A stretch of DNA of 64,000 nucleotides, from NCBI GenBank assembly GCA_973895155.1, contig OZ316898.1:19541292-19605291 (forward strand), given 5' to 3'. Position 1 is the first letter of the stretch; the number at the start of each line of letters is the position of its first letter. Under the pieces are notes generated by a model. The model was not told the DNA's origin. It searched no databases and was given only the letters and a program-made list of their open reading frames with translations. The position numbers and the translations under genes are program-made. Below, piece by piece: positions 36,701-48,700 of this stretch. The stretch is from Marsupella aquatica. Lineage: Eukaryota > Plantae > Marchantiophyta.

Positions 36701-37889
36701 ACCTCTGCCCAGTTTGCTAGCATAGGACTTAGATGTCCATCTCCTACTGTAGTTGAGTACAGTCAGCTCATAATAGGTCTCGTTATGAGCAGTAAGTCAT
36801 TAAATCACTGATATTAAACATAGATAGTGCACGTTGTAAAAGGTTAAATCTATATTAAAGTTAACACATTTGTTGTGGAAGGTTGATCTCCTAGAGGGCA
36901 AGGAAATTTGGGTAGGGAAACCTTTGTACCAAACCTTCTACCTACGAAGTGTTTGAATACCAAGGTTTTTGTTGGAAGCAAAACTTGCACCTCAATGCCA
37001 GCTTGTATGCAAATGTGCATGCAAATGAGTATCTTGCATTGGTGCCATTCAACATTGCGCCAAAAACCATGCAATGAATATAACATTGCGAAAGAACCCA
37101 AGAAGACCCAAGAGCTAGAAAAAGCCCAAGAGTATGTGTCCCAGTGTATTATTGACAAAGGAACCAAAGCCTTACTGAGCAACAAACCAAAGGCTGCAGC
37201 TGATATAGCTCAATCCGGAGTAAACCGATTTGGAGGGTCACAATTTAGTGAAATTTGGTCACAATTTAGTGGAATTTATTTTGACTAGACTAAAACCAAC
37301 AGCCTTGGCAAGACAAAGGAAACTGAATGTCTGAGCCCTTTCTTGTGTAACTGACACCCAGTACCAAAAGAAACCAGTGAGGATTGAGACAGGACAACAA
37401 GGCGCGATAGGGAAAGCAAGTGGGCATGCAAGGTACAAGGAATGGAATGTGTAGGTTCCATGCTCAAGCAGTTTTAATCTCAATCCCACTCAGACCCAAA
37501 CAACAATGTTTAACCATAGCAATACCTACTGTATTCCTCTTGGACATTGTTTCTTGTGGTGAAGCACAAACCTGTTCTACTTAGCACATAGTCAGGTATA
37601 TATGGGAGGCCATTCTCTGTCATTAAATCGGGCATTAAATGCAAATTGCATACATAAAAACCCCTTCAGTTAATTTGGAGGTATTGTCCTGGGTAGTTGT
37701 AAGGTTCGGGCAGACCCTAGGCTCCATATCAATCACTAATTTAAAGGGCCCACTAATTGACATGTAGGATCAGCACATTGCAAGCAAAGCACAAACTAAG
37801 TTTAAGGGTTAATAGGGTTTGGGGATTTTAAATAGTTACCCCATACTGTCCTCAATGGCAATGTGAACATTGTCTACTTACAGGTCAGA

Positions 37890-38520
37890 GAGCATTTTTT
37901 CAATGAGTCAGAGTATTTTTTGCTAACCCAGGCCGTTCAGGCAAGGGTAAATGGCCAACACTAGTGGTTTTCAAAGACATTATCAATGGAGACTGTCTTC
38001 AGATTGCACTTAACATTGTCTTTCAGCAAGAGTATTTTTTGGCTCACATTTGCCAGTTTGGCATGGGTGAATGGCTGCCACTGATGGTTTTTGAAGACAT
38101 TGTGGAGATTGTCTGATGATCCACCACACAACATTTTTTGGCAAGAGTGTTTTTGAATTGCTCACTGGCAAGTGGTTCAGGCGGGGTGAATGACTGACAA
38201 TGGTGGGTTTTGAAAACAATGTGGGCGTTGTCTTCAGATCACACTTTAAATCACTTTTCATCAAGAGTATTATTTTGGCTGCCCACCCAAGCCATTTTGG
38301 CATGGGTGAATGGCCTGGTGGTTTTAGAAGACATTCTGGGGATGGTCTTCTAATCCCACTTAGCATTTTCTTGGCACGAGTTGCTTTTGCTCACCCATGC
38401 AGTTTGAGCAACTAGGGGTGCAAGAGGGGCAACACTAGTGGATTTTGAAGACATTGTGGACATTACAGTTTAAGGTCACACTTCAGTGTTTTTTTCAGCA
38501 AGAAGAGTTTTTGCCATTAG
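37890..38520. repeat. Degenerate tandem array, about 120-bp unit, about 5 copies
   Basis: Recurring GGGTGAATGGC...GGTTTTGAAGACATTGTGG...TCTTCAGAT.ACACTT...CAAGAGTATTTTTTG. Confidence 0.75.
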
Positions 38521-39019
38521 GGTCCCAGAAAAGATCTACTGGCAGGCAATGGCCAAAATGTGGAATAATGTTTATGAATCACATGAGTATCTTCACTTTG
38601 TGATTACCCTTATCTTGTAGGGGTCTTGGTAACTGCACATCAAACTATGACATATACGGTGCACCGCATCCCTCCATACCATGATAAGCCTGGTTATTTT
38701 TGTTAAATTAATGAGTGCACACCTTATATTACCACATTTTGATGTGTGATTACCAACAGGAATCTTGTAGTTTGGGCTGACAGAGCGGATCCCAAAGGGG
38801 ATATGAGGCACCTATCCCAACAATGACGACAACAACCAGCCCCATTCAATGCCTACAGTTTGACCTTTGCACAGTCACATCAAAACTAGGCAAAGTTCAT
38901 ACTTCAGGTCTTGTAGTCACTATGGACCAAGTTTGGTCCTAGTATGCCCGAATCATGTTTTAGGAGAACCCTTACACAAACATTGTGTATGGCTCATTAA
39001 GAGGGGGTACGTTGATCAG

Positions 39020-39175
39020 GTAAAAAAATTATGCACGGGCTGATCAGGCAAAGTTTTTGTACCTGGGGGTCCACAAAGCAGATCCCTCTGATCGATCAGG
39101 GAAAAAAAGTACGCAAGGGCTGATCAGGCAAAGTTTCTATTGGGGTTTCTATTTGGGGGTCCACAAAGCATACCC
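39020..39175. repeat. Short degenerate duplication
   Basis: GGGCTGATCAGGCAAAGTTT...TGGGGGTCCACAAAGCA occurs twice. Confidence 0.7.
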
Positions 39176-39743
39176 CTCTAATCCACCCGCCCTCTGGCTT
39201 TACAAGATATCTGGGGCCCATTAATTTGGGCCATAATTGGGCCATGGGTTGGGCCATTGTCACTACAGTCGACCGTGTCTAAGTGCAGACTCCCGGGAAG
39301 ACACCCCGAGCCTGCAGTTATACACGGTATGCACTATGTAATAAGTGCATAATATTCATACTGTGCACTTATGGGTATGTGCCAGCTTTCGAGATTGGCG
39401 CATGCACTTATGCACGGAAGCTCGCGATTTTGATCAGTATGCAGTGACAAAGGATAAAAGCATGTGCTGTGCATTTGACAGGTTGAGTTTGCACCAGACA
39501 ATGTATGAGAAGATGCAAAAATTGAAGCAAATGGCAATTGAAGTCCATGACACACAATCAAATGCCCAAATGAATGAAACGTAAGAAAGAAACTATGTTC
39601 TAGGAGTGTGATTAGCTAGAAAAGACATTCCAAATGAACAGATGGAATGCTCTCATACAAAATTCAGTTCCTGTTGGACTGAGACATTGATCTGTTTACT
39701 TGGAAACAATCTCCAATCTACATGTCAACTTCTCAACATAGAT

Positions 39744-40193
39744 CTACTGACGTCCATTCTGAATGTGCCACTGCTCTAGTGACAAAGGCGGTTCCTCCAA
39801 ATCTATACGGAAGGGCTCCTCTGATATAAGCTTCCCAGTGCACATAGTAGCGGACAGCCAGTCCCAATGCACAGTGTAAATTCGCTCAGACAACCTACTT
39901 TGGCAATGCGCACAGATGCAGTGTGCTGCCTTGATGGAATCATAGATCGTTGTCACCACATGGGAAGTATCCTCATTGATTTCCGACGTAAGAATCCCTC
40001 CAAGCATCTCAAACCGTCATTTCAGAATGACATATCTCCCATGCCTGACTCTGCCATCGTAAATCATCACTGCCCTGATACCTTCAAATGGCTTGTACAG
40101 CCCACATACGCGAGCTGCTTCCTGGCTCTCAGTCAGGACTCGTTTGCGCTTCCATTGCCTTGCCTCCTTGTTGCTGCTTGCACTGGTTGTCAT
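39744..40193 (-). pseudogene. Single-BRCT-domain protein inside the pogo element (one internal TGA at 40017-40019)
   Basis: MTTS...WKRKR...PFEGIRAVMIYDG...ILK*RFEMLGGILTSEINEDTSHVV...IYTVHWDWLSATMCTGKLISEEPF matches the BRCT signature F.G...GG....T.HVV...V...WL. Confidence 0.8.
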
Positions 40194-40455
40194 TGCGAAG
40201 GCACCGCTAGCTTCCTTCCCCATCGCCAACTCCCAAAGACTCACAAAAAAGGTGAGAAGAAATGCAACATAAAAAACTCCAAAATGACCCAAAAAGCATT
40301 GTGCAAGCCCGACTCCTCCCGGGCACAAGTGAGGCCTTCCTGCCAATGCATTCTCCATTATTGCAGCACATAACAAAAGTGCAACACATGCAGCTAGAGC
40401 ACTTACAGACAAAATTAGGGCTCCAACAACTCCATATTGGTGAAGTAGAATTTCC

Positions 40456-41473
40456 TCATCCAAGGAGTTCGCCCGGGGGCACGACACTGTTATCGGGAAT
40501 TGCAGCGCCATCCCTTGTGAGTTCCTCATTGTCAAGCCCACAATTTGTAGCAAAGAATTGGTCAATGTTCGATTGCTTCAAGTTGTTGAGGTGTTCTCTC
40601 AAGAAAAACTTCTTGATTTTGTTCAACTCCAATGTCAGCGCATATGTATCATACTCCTGTTGCTGAAGAAACTTTGTGACACCCTCAAACTATGCGATGC
40701 CTGCTACAAATGAAATGTGGGGCTCAAGCACTGTCTCCCCATCTGGTACATCTTGAGGCTCATCAGGATTCACATCTCGAGCCTCAGATTCATTTGGGAC
40801 CTCATCGTCATCGTCTGCAATGTGATCAACCAAAAAATTTGCAATGTCTTTATCGTCAACGGGAAATGTGGGAGCATTTCGAACGTCGTCTGCAGCTAAA
40901 TACTCTTGTGCATCAAGCGTCACAGGATATGACAACTTTAATTGCACCAGATGATCTGCTAGGTCCTCCAAACTCTCACGCAAGTCCTGATCATCTACTG
41001 TCGCCTCCAAGTCCAAATCTATGTCCCGTCTGCAACGATTTGGCCTCCGATCCTGGTAAGTCACCAGTTGACAATGCTCCCAACATTTGCGGATTGTTTG
41101 TTGAGTGACTCCATCACTCCATGCTCGAACGACCATTGTCACAACCTCATATACATCCATTTTAAATAGTTGTGAATTGTCAAAGTCTTGCAACTGCTTC
41201 TTGATGAAAAATTTTCGATACCAACACTTGAAGTTCTGAATAATTCCACCATCCATAGGCTGAAATCTACTTGTTGTGTTGGCAGGGAGGAAGAAAACTT
41301 TCACCACCTTCAATTGGTCAGCAACAGGGCCCAAGAGGTGGCCGGGGGCATTGTCCAGGAGGAGAGCCACATTTGTTCGACCCAAAGCCTTCATGTGCTC
41401 CTCGAATCTCAGGATCCAAGCTTGGAAAATGGTCCCTGTCATCCAGGCCTTCTTGTTGGCATACCATTGAATT
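40456..41473 (-). pseudogene. pogo transposase, 3' half (DDE_1 domain, DD33D)
   Basis: WYANKKAWMTG, LLLDNAPGH, FLPANTTSRFQPMDGGII and IRKCW. Reading through the TAG at 40690 gives the C-terminal LKQSNIDQFF. Confidence 0.93.
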
Positions 41474-44400
41474 TAGAAACCGGGGCAATTTAGACCAAAC
41501 CTTATAGGACTAAGGCCACTAAGTCCTTTTTTACAACTTCAAATGACTCGGAACCATTGCACCGGTTCACATGAACACTACAAAAGACTGTGAGTGCTTT
41601 TTGGTTTAGGATAAGACTATGAAAAGTTTCCACGTACCCTACTTTGTGAAAGGGTGAACACTCTCGCACATGAGTGTTGTAGGGTTTAGTTGTGGGCCTC
41701 AATTTGATAATGGGCATATGGGGGGTTTACGTCCGCTATATTGAACACGTACAAACTCACTACATGTCTAAATGCCCTAATGTCTCATATACTCCATAGT
41801 GGGTTTAGGGGGGGTTTACGTCTCAAGGGTGGGCCGGTTATATGTGAAGGGTGTGGGTGGTCACCACTAAAGGGGGTTTAGTAGGGTTTATATGTCAAGG
41901 GTGGGCCGGTTAGGTCTCAAGGGGGTGGGGGTCACCAACATCCCGTTCTATTCAAGTTTGCCAAGCCAAGAATCGGGTGCACGCATACCCAAGATTTTTG
42001 GGCTAGCATGATTTTCAATTCACAGCCGGCTCTACTTCACCAACATCCGGCTTTATTGAACTTTTCCAAGCCAAGAAAAATTTGCTGAAATACCCAAGAT
42101 GGCCATGCAGTAACACTTCAATGTAGTGGTGTCTCACTTTGGGTGACACTCAACGGCTCACTCAAACGGTAAGGTTGAGTGGCTCCCCTTAATGACTTAA
42201 GTCCCCTAATCTAGTAAAGAGGCACTAAACTGGTCTTTGGGAGTGACTTTGGAGTGTTTGGGCCATCGTCATTGGACGCAAAACGTGAGGGGTCCAAGGT
42301 TCGGGGTTTTACGTTGGATTTAGGTTTTGGCTGTAGGGCTAAGAAGGTTGTGGCTGCTGCAACCTTCGATCGGAGCTAGTTGTGAGGGCTTCATTCTTCG
42401 GGGATTTTTGAGAGAAGGGCCTCTCATTGTTGCACAATTCTCCTGACCCGCACTGCCGATGTGTTGTGGCTGCACCCAGAGCGACTTGGTGTTGCCATTT
42501 GTTTCAAGAAGGTTGTGCTACCATCGCGAGCTATTGAGGAGAGGGCCAGTTGCTTGCAAAAGGATTTGTAGATTGTGTCGGAGGTCTAGATTTCTCCATT
42601 TCTACCAAGAAACGACGTGCAACAAGGCAATGTGGAGCGCAACGGCAATGTCCAGGGTAGTCCTGAGTGCTTAGGTCATTCCATTCCTTATGAGAAATGT
42701 CGTGCGGCAGGGCAATGTGCAGCGCAACGGCAACAATGTCGAGGGCACTCCTTAGTGCTTAGGTTTTCAGTGAGTTGCAGTTTGGGAGGAGCTATGATCT
42801 GGGGACTGAGGCGCTGAGGGTTTAGCTGAGGGGAGGAGCTGTGATCTGGGAAGGTGTTGCGGTGCCAAGGTCTATTGTAAGGTGAGGTGATTGTTGCGGA
42901 AGTTTAACTGTAGTGGGTCCTTAAGGTCGCGGAGGCATTCAAAGGAGGCGTGAGCAGGGCGGCAATCGTTTGTTGCTGCGGAAGGTGGACATTGGAGTTG
43001 TGAAGGCGCTGTGGAAGGCGACCACTACGGAAGGTGGACTGCAGTGGGTCCTTAAAGCTTGCGGAGGCATTGAAAGGAGGCTGAGCAGGGAGGCAATCGT
43101 TGCTGCTGCGGAAGGTGGACATTGGAGTTGTGAAGGAGGTCGTGGAGCTTAAAGAGCAGTTGCAAAATCGGGAGCCGGTTGTTTGTTAGGAGGAAGCAGT
43201 TGACAGTGCTGCCATTGGTTATCAGTGTCATCAGCCAAAGGTTAGTCCCGGCCATGCAGCTGAAAGTGCGCTTCTTTCATCCCTTTTCCAGCAACTTTAG
43301 TTCCACATTGTTTTGTTGGGTTGTCTGTTGAATACTTTCATTGCCTCTACAGGCTGAAGGTTACTATAGGCCCTGGCTTGCGCACCCACTCCTTACACTC
43401 ATGCCCAAAAACCAAACAACAAGTAGCAGAGCTCAAGCAGATCCGCTCCGCTCTGTTCTCAACTGGCTGCGTAGTAGCTACATCTCCTCTGGTCCATCCT
43501 ATTTTGAGCAATGTCATACCTCCATAGCATACAGCTTGCCTGATTGAATGGTACATTAGGTTCAGCACATTCTCCCTATGGCTGAAGAGTTATGGAAAAC
43601 CCCAACACAATGAAATTCGTTATGATTTGTCTTGGCAGTCGAAGCTGCTGAAATTGCCGATTCTGATTGGATTCGGTAGGAATTCAGAATTTGTTGAGTT
43701 TGTTTGTCGCTGGATATGAGTTATTCAAGACTCCATGATTTGAGAGAAGCCATTTAGCATCCCTTGTAGATCCTGGTACCATCTGACATTGTGAGGGCTC
43801 GAAAGCCTCAAGTGACCGGGCCATCGTTGTATGCAAATTTTTGTTGTTGTATTCATGTACATCCCTGCTTGGATGAGGCGTGGTGTTGCTTGTAATCATG
43901 TATTTCTTCACACTAGAAAAGCAGTCTGTCATATGAGGTTGTCGGGATTGTCTTCCGGTCAGTCATCTTACGTCTTTGTGTTGTTTTGCGTTTCAATGAA
44001 GGGCACTAGCAAGTAGCAAGAGCAGCGAGCTGGTGATTTGCACCTTAGGCTTGGGCTATGGAGGGAGTTGCTGCAGCACCACGACAGAGAACGAAAGCAT
44101 GGGTAACATTACCACTATAGTTGTTGAAGAAAATACCTTTACCTGCTGCCATTTAAGCCGAGTGCACCGCCTTAAGTTTAAAGATCCCATTGCTGGTAAG
44201 ACATCATGGCTACATTGCTTTTCGATGTTGTCCTCTGTCCTTTTGTGGGATTCAGCTTGAGCTAGCTGAATCCAATCTAGGAGTTGTTGCGCTAAGGTGA
44301 GACTTTGAGTTTAGGGTTGCTTCAGTGTCCGAGTAGGTTTTCTCTTTGCGTCGGCAGCTAGAAGGTAAGCTCGGGGGCTTTACAAAGGGTTAGTGTTGCG

Positions 44401-46302
44401 GACTTTCCCTCCTGGATGTTGTGTGTCTTCATTTGCAACTTGTTTGTGGACCTGTGATCCTGAGACTGTCAAAATTGTTGTGGCCGCACTGACAACTTGA
44501 TGACGCATTTTGTGGATGAACCGTTAGTAATCGCGAGTACAGCTCTCCAACAATTGCACTTACCATTTTTGACCACCTTGCATGATGTCCATCCGTGGGC
44601 TGGACCCCAAGAAGTAGATTTCGGTAGATTTTGTCTCTGCCCCCGGTCCTCATTTTGTGCAATGTCCGCCTGGCACTTGGTTCTTGATCCCTACATTATC
44701 GTCTGTCGCTCGGCTGCTTGCGGAAGGGATCAAACAGATTGGAGGTGCTTGGTCTTTTCATTTTGAGTGTCAAAGTTTAGGAGGACAGCTTGCACCATCG
44801 CCAACAAGAATGACCTGCTTGCAGAACAAGAGGGACGAGCGTGAGCTGCTTGCAGGATAGGAGATTGACCGCGAGCACGAGCTGCTTGAAAAATAGGAGA
44901 CTGAGGGCAACCTGCTTCTTTGTTGCTACTCTGGTTGCGCTGCTACATTGGTTGTTGATCTTCACCCACCCACTTGCCTACTCAATTGACAGAGTACAGC
45001 TTTGTCTCTGCGTCTGTTACTGCTGTCTTTGTCCCTCCCCTTGAAATTGTGGGCCTTAAAAGGTCAGTAAGTTGGCTTATGTAGTTTTTATGTCCCTCCG
45101 CTATGTCAATGCGTGTTTCATTGCATCAGGGCATCAGTCGCTGTTTGCCTATAACCGGACTGTTCATTCTCTGTCCACTCATTTGATGTAATTCTTCCCA
45201 TTGCCGCCCAATGCTATGGCACCCATGCTACAATTTGTGGTTTTTGTCTAAGCACAAATCCTCTCTGTGCCTGGTCTCTGTGTCCCGTCATTTGGATTGA
45301 TTGTGTAGACGTTTCCTCTTCTCCTAGTCCTTGTCATCCACCAGCCAAAGCACATTGGATTGTTTTCAAAGGCGGGCTGTGTAGTTTGGAGGGTTTGATC
45401 TATGCAGCGGATTTGAGCAGATTGGCGGTTGTTAGTTTCTTCTTGTAAAACCTGTCTGTCTTTTCTGCTTTTGGCCATGCTCCTTCACTTCTTGCTGCAA
45501 GCTCAATGTGCTTCAACTATGGCAATATTCACTTACCCTATCCCAACGGCACTGCCGTGAGCTGTAGGACAGCCAACAGAAGCAGATTGTATCGATTGCA
45601 TGTAAGTCAGGGTATTTTATGTATTGCAGAACAACTGTCCAAGTATGCTGCAATGGCCGGTCTTGCGCAGCTGAATGAGCCAATTTCATTTTCCCTGTGC
45701 ACTTCTATTTCTCAGAGAATTCCCTGGTCATGCTCATTTCCCCCAGAGTTAGAAAACAAAGAAGAAGAGCTGACTAATTGTAATTCCAATCCATATCCTG
45801 ATCGGTCAAGGATTGTTCACTACATTGGCCTTGTCATTGGCCGAGGTCACCAAATTTTGCTTGGTTTCATTCCTATGGAGCACTGCTGTGATGGATTTGT
45901 CGTAGCATTCTGCAAACTCTCACGGTTTGCTTATGGCCATTATTTGCAATTCGCTGCTACTAATATGTCTTCTTCTGAGCAGCATACACCAGAAGTAAGC
46001 AATAGTGGAGGTTTAACTGCACATCAACACATCTACTGAACTACCTCTCTGCTGCTCACTGGAGGGTGAGACTTTCACTCTTTCTGGATATTGTAGTTTG
46101 TAAGCAAGTTGATTAGGAGTGTTTCATGCTATGTTTACACTGTGACCCCTAGCTGGAACCAATGGAATGACACAGTGAGTGGGAACTGATAATTTAAGGT
46201 TGGTTGCTGTTGGTGAGGCAAGTACAGCTCCAGCTCATCTTGCTGATCGAAGGTGCTTATCAGAGGACGTGAACACACGACATCTCCACAAAAGCAACAC
46301 TT

Positions 46303-46752
46303 ATGGTGAGGACCCGCAACGCTGAACATGTGCGGCTTGCACACAAGGCAGAGATGTTGCGCCTTGAGTATGTCAGACTTGGGATCCTTCCAGCCCAGTC
46401 TGCATGGTACTTTGAGTACCCAGTTGTTGCCAGGAACAACTACAGCCGGCCTGTACCTGCTTCTCCACCCTTCCCAACATCCTTGGTATTTCTGTCTCTA
46501 GTACATGACCCGCCACAAATTAGGGCCCAAGGGTGTGTGCACAGTTGCCAATATGACTGTCCTGCCTGTAGGGCTTCTGGCCTAGAGTTGGATGACCGTT
46601 CTCTTGGATGTCAGTTTTTTCACAGAGCACAATGTATCATCTGGAACCACTCGCCATCCTGTAGTGTGCCTGGCGATGTCACTTGTCCTGCCCTCCCAGA
46701 CCCCACCACCGGTCACTTTGGTGTCTACACATGTTTGGATCACACGCTCTAG
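46303..46752 (+). CDS. Small protein with a divergent PHD-like zinc finger (CACTA cargo)
   Basis: CPAC...C(QFFHRAQ)CIIWNHSPSC...YTCLDH resembles PHD spacing (Cx2C...C..Cx4H..C...YxCx2H). It has an MVRTR-type start and is co-oriented with the other cargo ORFs. Confidence 0.55.
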   Translation: MVRTRNAEHVRLAHKAEMLRLEYVRLGILPAQSAWYFEYPVVARNNYSRPVPASPPFPTSLVFLSLVHDPPQIRAQGCVHSCQYDCPACRASGLELDDRSLGCQFFHRAQCIIWNHSPSCSVPGDVTCPALPDPTTGHFGVYTCLDHTL

Positions 46753-47421
46753 AGGACCACTTGTCACACCGCATGCACAAACCAGAGACCATTGACCTAT
46801 AACTTAACACTTTGACTTGAACAGAGAGGATATTTACTTAAGATTTTGAATTATGACCAATTTTGGGTCCAGGGTTTAGGGTCAACAGTACATAACTTAT
46901 CCTATTATGGCTGCACTAAGTACAATATCCTAATTTAAGAGGCTAGCAAGCTCACTTAAAAGTCTCCTTTCAAAGACTGGAATTAATGGGCCATGTGATA
47001 ACCTGGAAAAAGTGATTTCTGCCTAACTTATTTGTCTCATTCACTATCATAGCCTATTTAGGATGTATAAATTACAACCCTGATCACAGTGCTTGATACC
47101 AATCTTGTTCAAAAAATGTCTGTTTTACATGTCACGACTGTTATATGTGATTCAAATGCATTAAATCTTGTTGCAGATCTCCTTTGGTGAATCATAGCCA
47201 CAAAATTGAGGTGTAGGTGGAGCTATTGTACGAGGGGATCAGTTTTTAGTGTGGGCTCAACAAACCAAAAAGTATGTCTACTCTGCACATGTGTGTGAAC
47301 ATTTCATTGCAGTAGCAATTGCCACTCTAGTCTATATGCTACACTGTACTTTTTGTACACTGCACTAAATTGTATTGTCTGTGCACTCTGCTAAATTGTA
47401 CTATCTGTCTCATGCGTAGGC

Positions 47422-48102
47422 ATGGCACGCCCTAAAATCCGAGCCAAGAAGCGGGGGACAGAGGTGAGCAACACAGGTGTAGTTGGGCCAGATGGTAGTA
47501 ACTTCTCCGCAAGTCAGATTTTCCAGAAGGCAGCTCATTGTTGTGCCATTTGTGACGATGGTGGTGGCTTAGCCATATGTGAGGGCCCTTGCATGAGGCA
47601 TTTCCACCTCAACCCGGAGTCTGACCTTGCTGCAGAAAACAACTGTCCAGGGGTGGGCCTCCCGTCAGCACACCAAGGAGGCTGGATGTGCACTGATTGT
47701 TTGGAGAAGCAGGCTAAGTGTGCACAGTGTGGGAAGTTGGGGTCTTATGAGGGCTCTGTTGATGCTCCACCACTTGTTAGGAAATGCCCTGACAGATATT
47801 GTGTGAGGTTCTTTTGTTTTTCATGTTTGCCCGATCTTGCCACAGCTTGCCCACTTCATAAGTGCAAGGCATGTGGTCAGCACGATGAAGATTTCTGGGT
47901 GGACATAGTCCACTGTGTTAGGTGTCCCACCATGTGGCACTTTCATTGTTTGAAGGAGCGTCAAGCAGAAGGCTATGCTTGTGACAGACACATCTATGAT
48001 CACTCTGCACATGGTGTTGATCGATGGATCTTCTATTGTCATCGCCATGCCATAGATCCTACTTTGCACACTCCCATGAGAGATCACATTTCTTGGCTTT
48101 GA
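47422..48102 (+). CDS. Stand-alone EDM2-type composite PHD finger protein (CACTA cargo)
   Basis: Intact 226-aa ORF with an N-terminal basic NLS-like stretch. CAICDDGG.LAICEGPCMRHFH, WMCTDC, CAQCGKLGS, CPLHKCKAC, CVRCPTMWHFHCL and IFYCHRHAIDPTLHTPMRDHI parallel the EDM2 PHD region as recalled (CAICDNGG..CCEG.C.RSFH, CPLHKC..C, CRRCP..YH..CL, IYC..HEID..L.TP.RDH). Confidence 0.85.
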   Translation: MARPKIRAKKRGTEVSNTGVVGPDGSNFSASQIFQKAAHCCAICDDGGGLAICEGPCMRHFHLNPESDLAAENNCPGVGLPSAHQGGWMCTDCLEKQAKCAQCGKLGSYEGSVDAPPLVRKCPDRYCVRFFCFSCLPDLATACPLHKCKACGQHDEDFWVDIVHCVRCPTMWHFHCLKERQAEGYACDRHIYDHSAHGVDRWIFYCHRHAIDPTLHTPMRDHISWL

Positions 48103-48700
48103 ACCTGAATAATGTACATGCATAGTGCACCTGATGTGGATACCTTGGAGATTGCAGACATTCCAATTTTGAGAAGAAGGACCTCTGTAGGAGAGGATGC
48201 TTAGGCAACAAGTACCCTAAGTTCATTACTTGTTCCTGGGTACATGCCTTCAAAAACTTCCCTTAAGCCTTCTAGGAACTTTTTTAACTCTGCAATCATT
48301 TTGATCACGACTTACATGACACTGCTTAAATTAAATCAGGACTTCTCATTATGAGCATATAAGTTACAAGGCTATTTAATTTGCGAGAATTCCCTTAAAG
48401 TGTACCAACATTTTGTATTCTCATTGAATGTCTGCCCATTTACAACATCTGTATGTGGCATCACAAAACAATTGCACTTGTCACCTTCAATATTGTGAAG
48501 GCACATATTCAAACTATGAGGTGCATGCTTGCAGGTGTCTAGTATGTTTGTCCCAATATTTCTCCCGTTTGGAATCGGAGCAGAGACTCACCAGACGACT
48601 GGACTGGACCAAGTTATAAACGCAGCATTTTAAGGGCCCTCCGATTATCAGGTGAACGCATTATCTTATGGTCTGCAGTGATTAGGTGGCCCGTGTGTAC

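Noticed and set aside
39261-39275. CACTACAG as the left end of the CACTA element
   Set aside because: The following bases do not match the right TIR (CACTAGTAGAAACAGGGG), whereas 41474 does and also explains the split pogo gene. It is better read as TA|CAGTCGAC, the pogo end.
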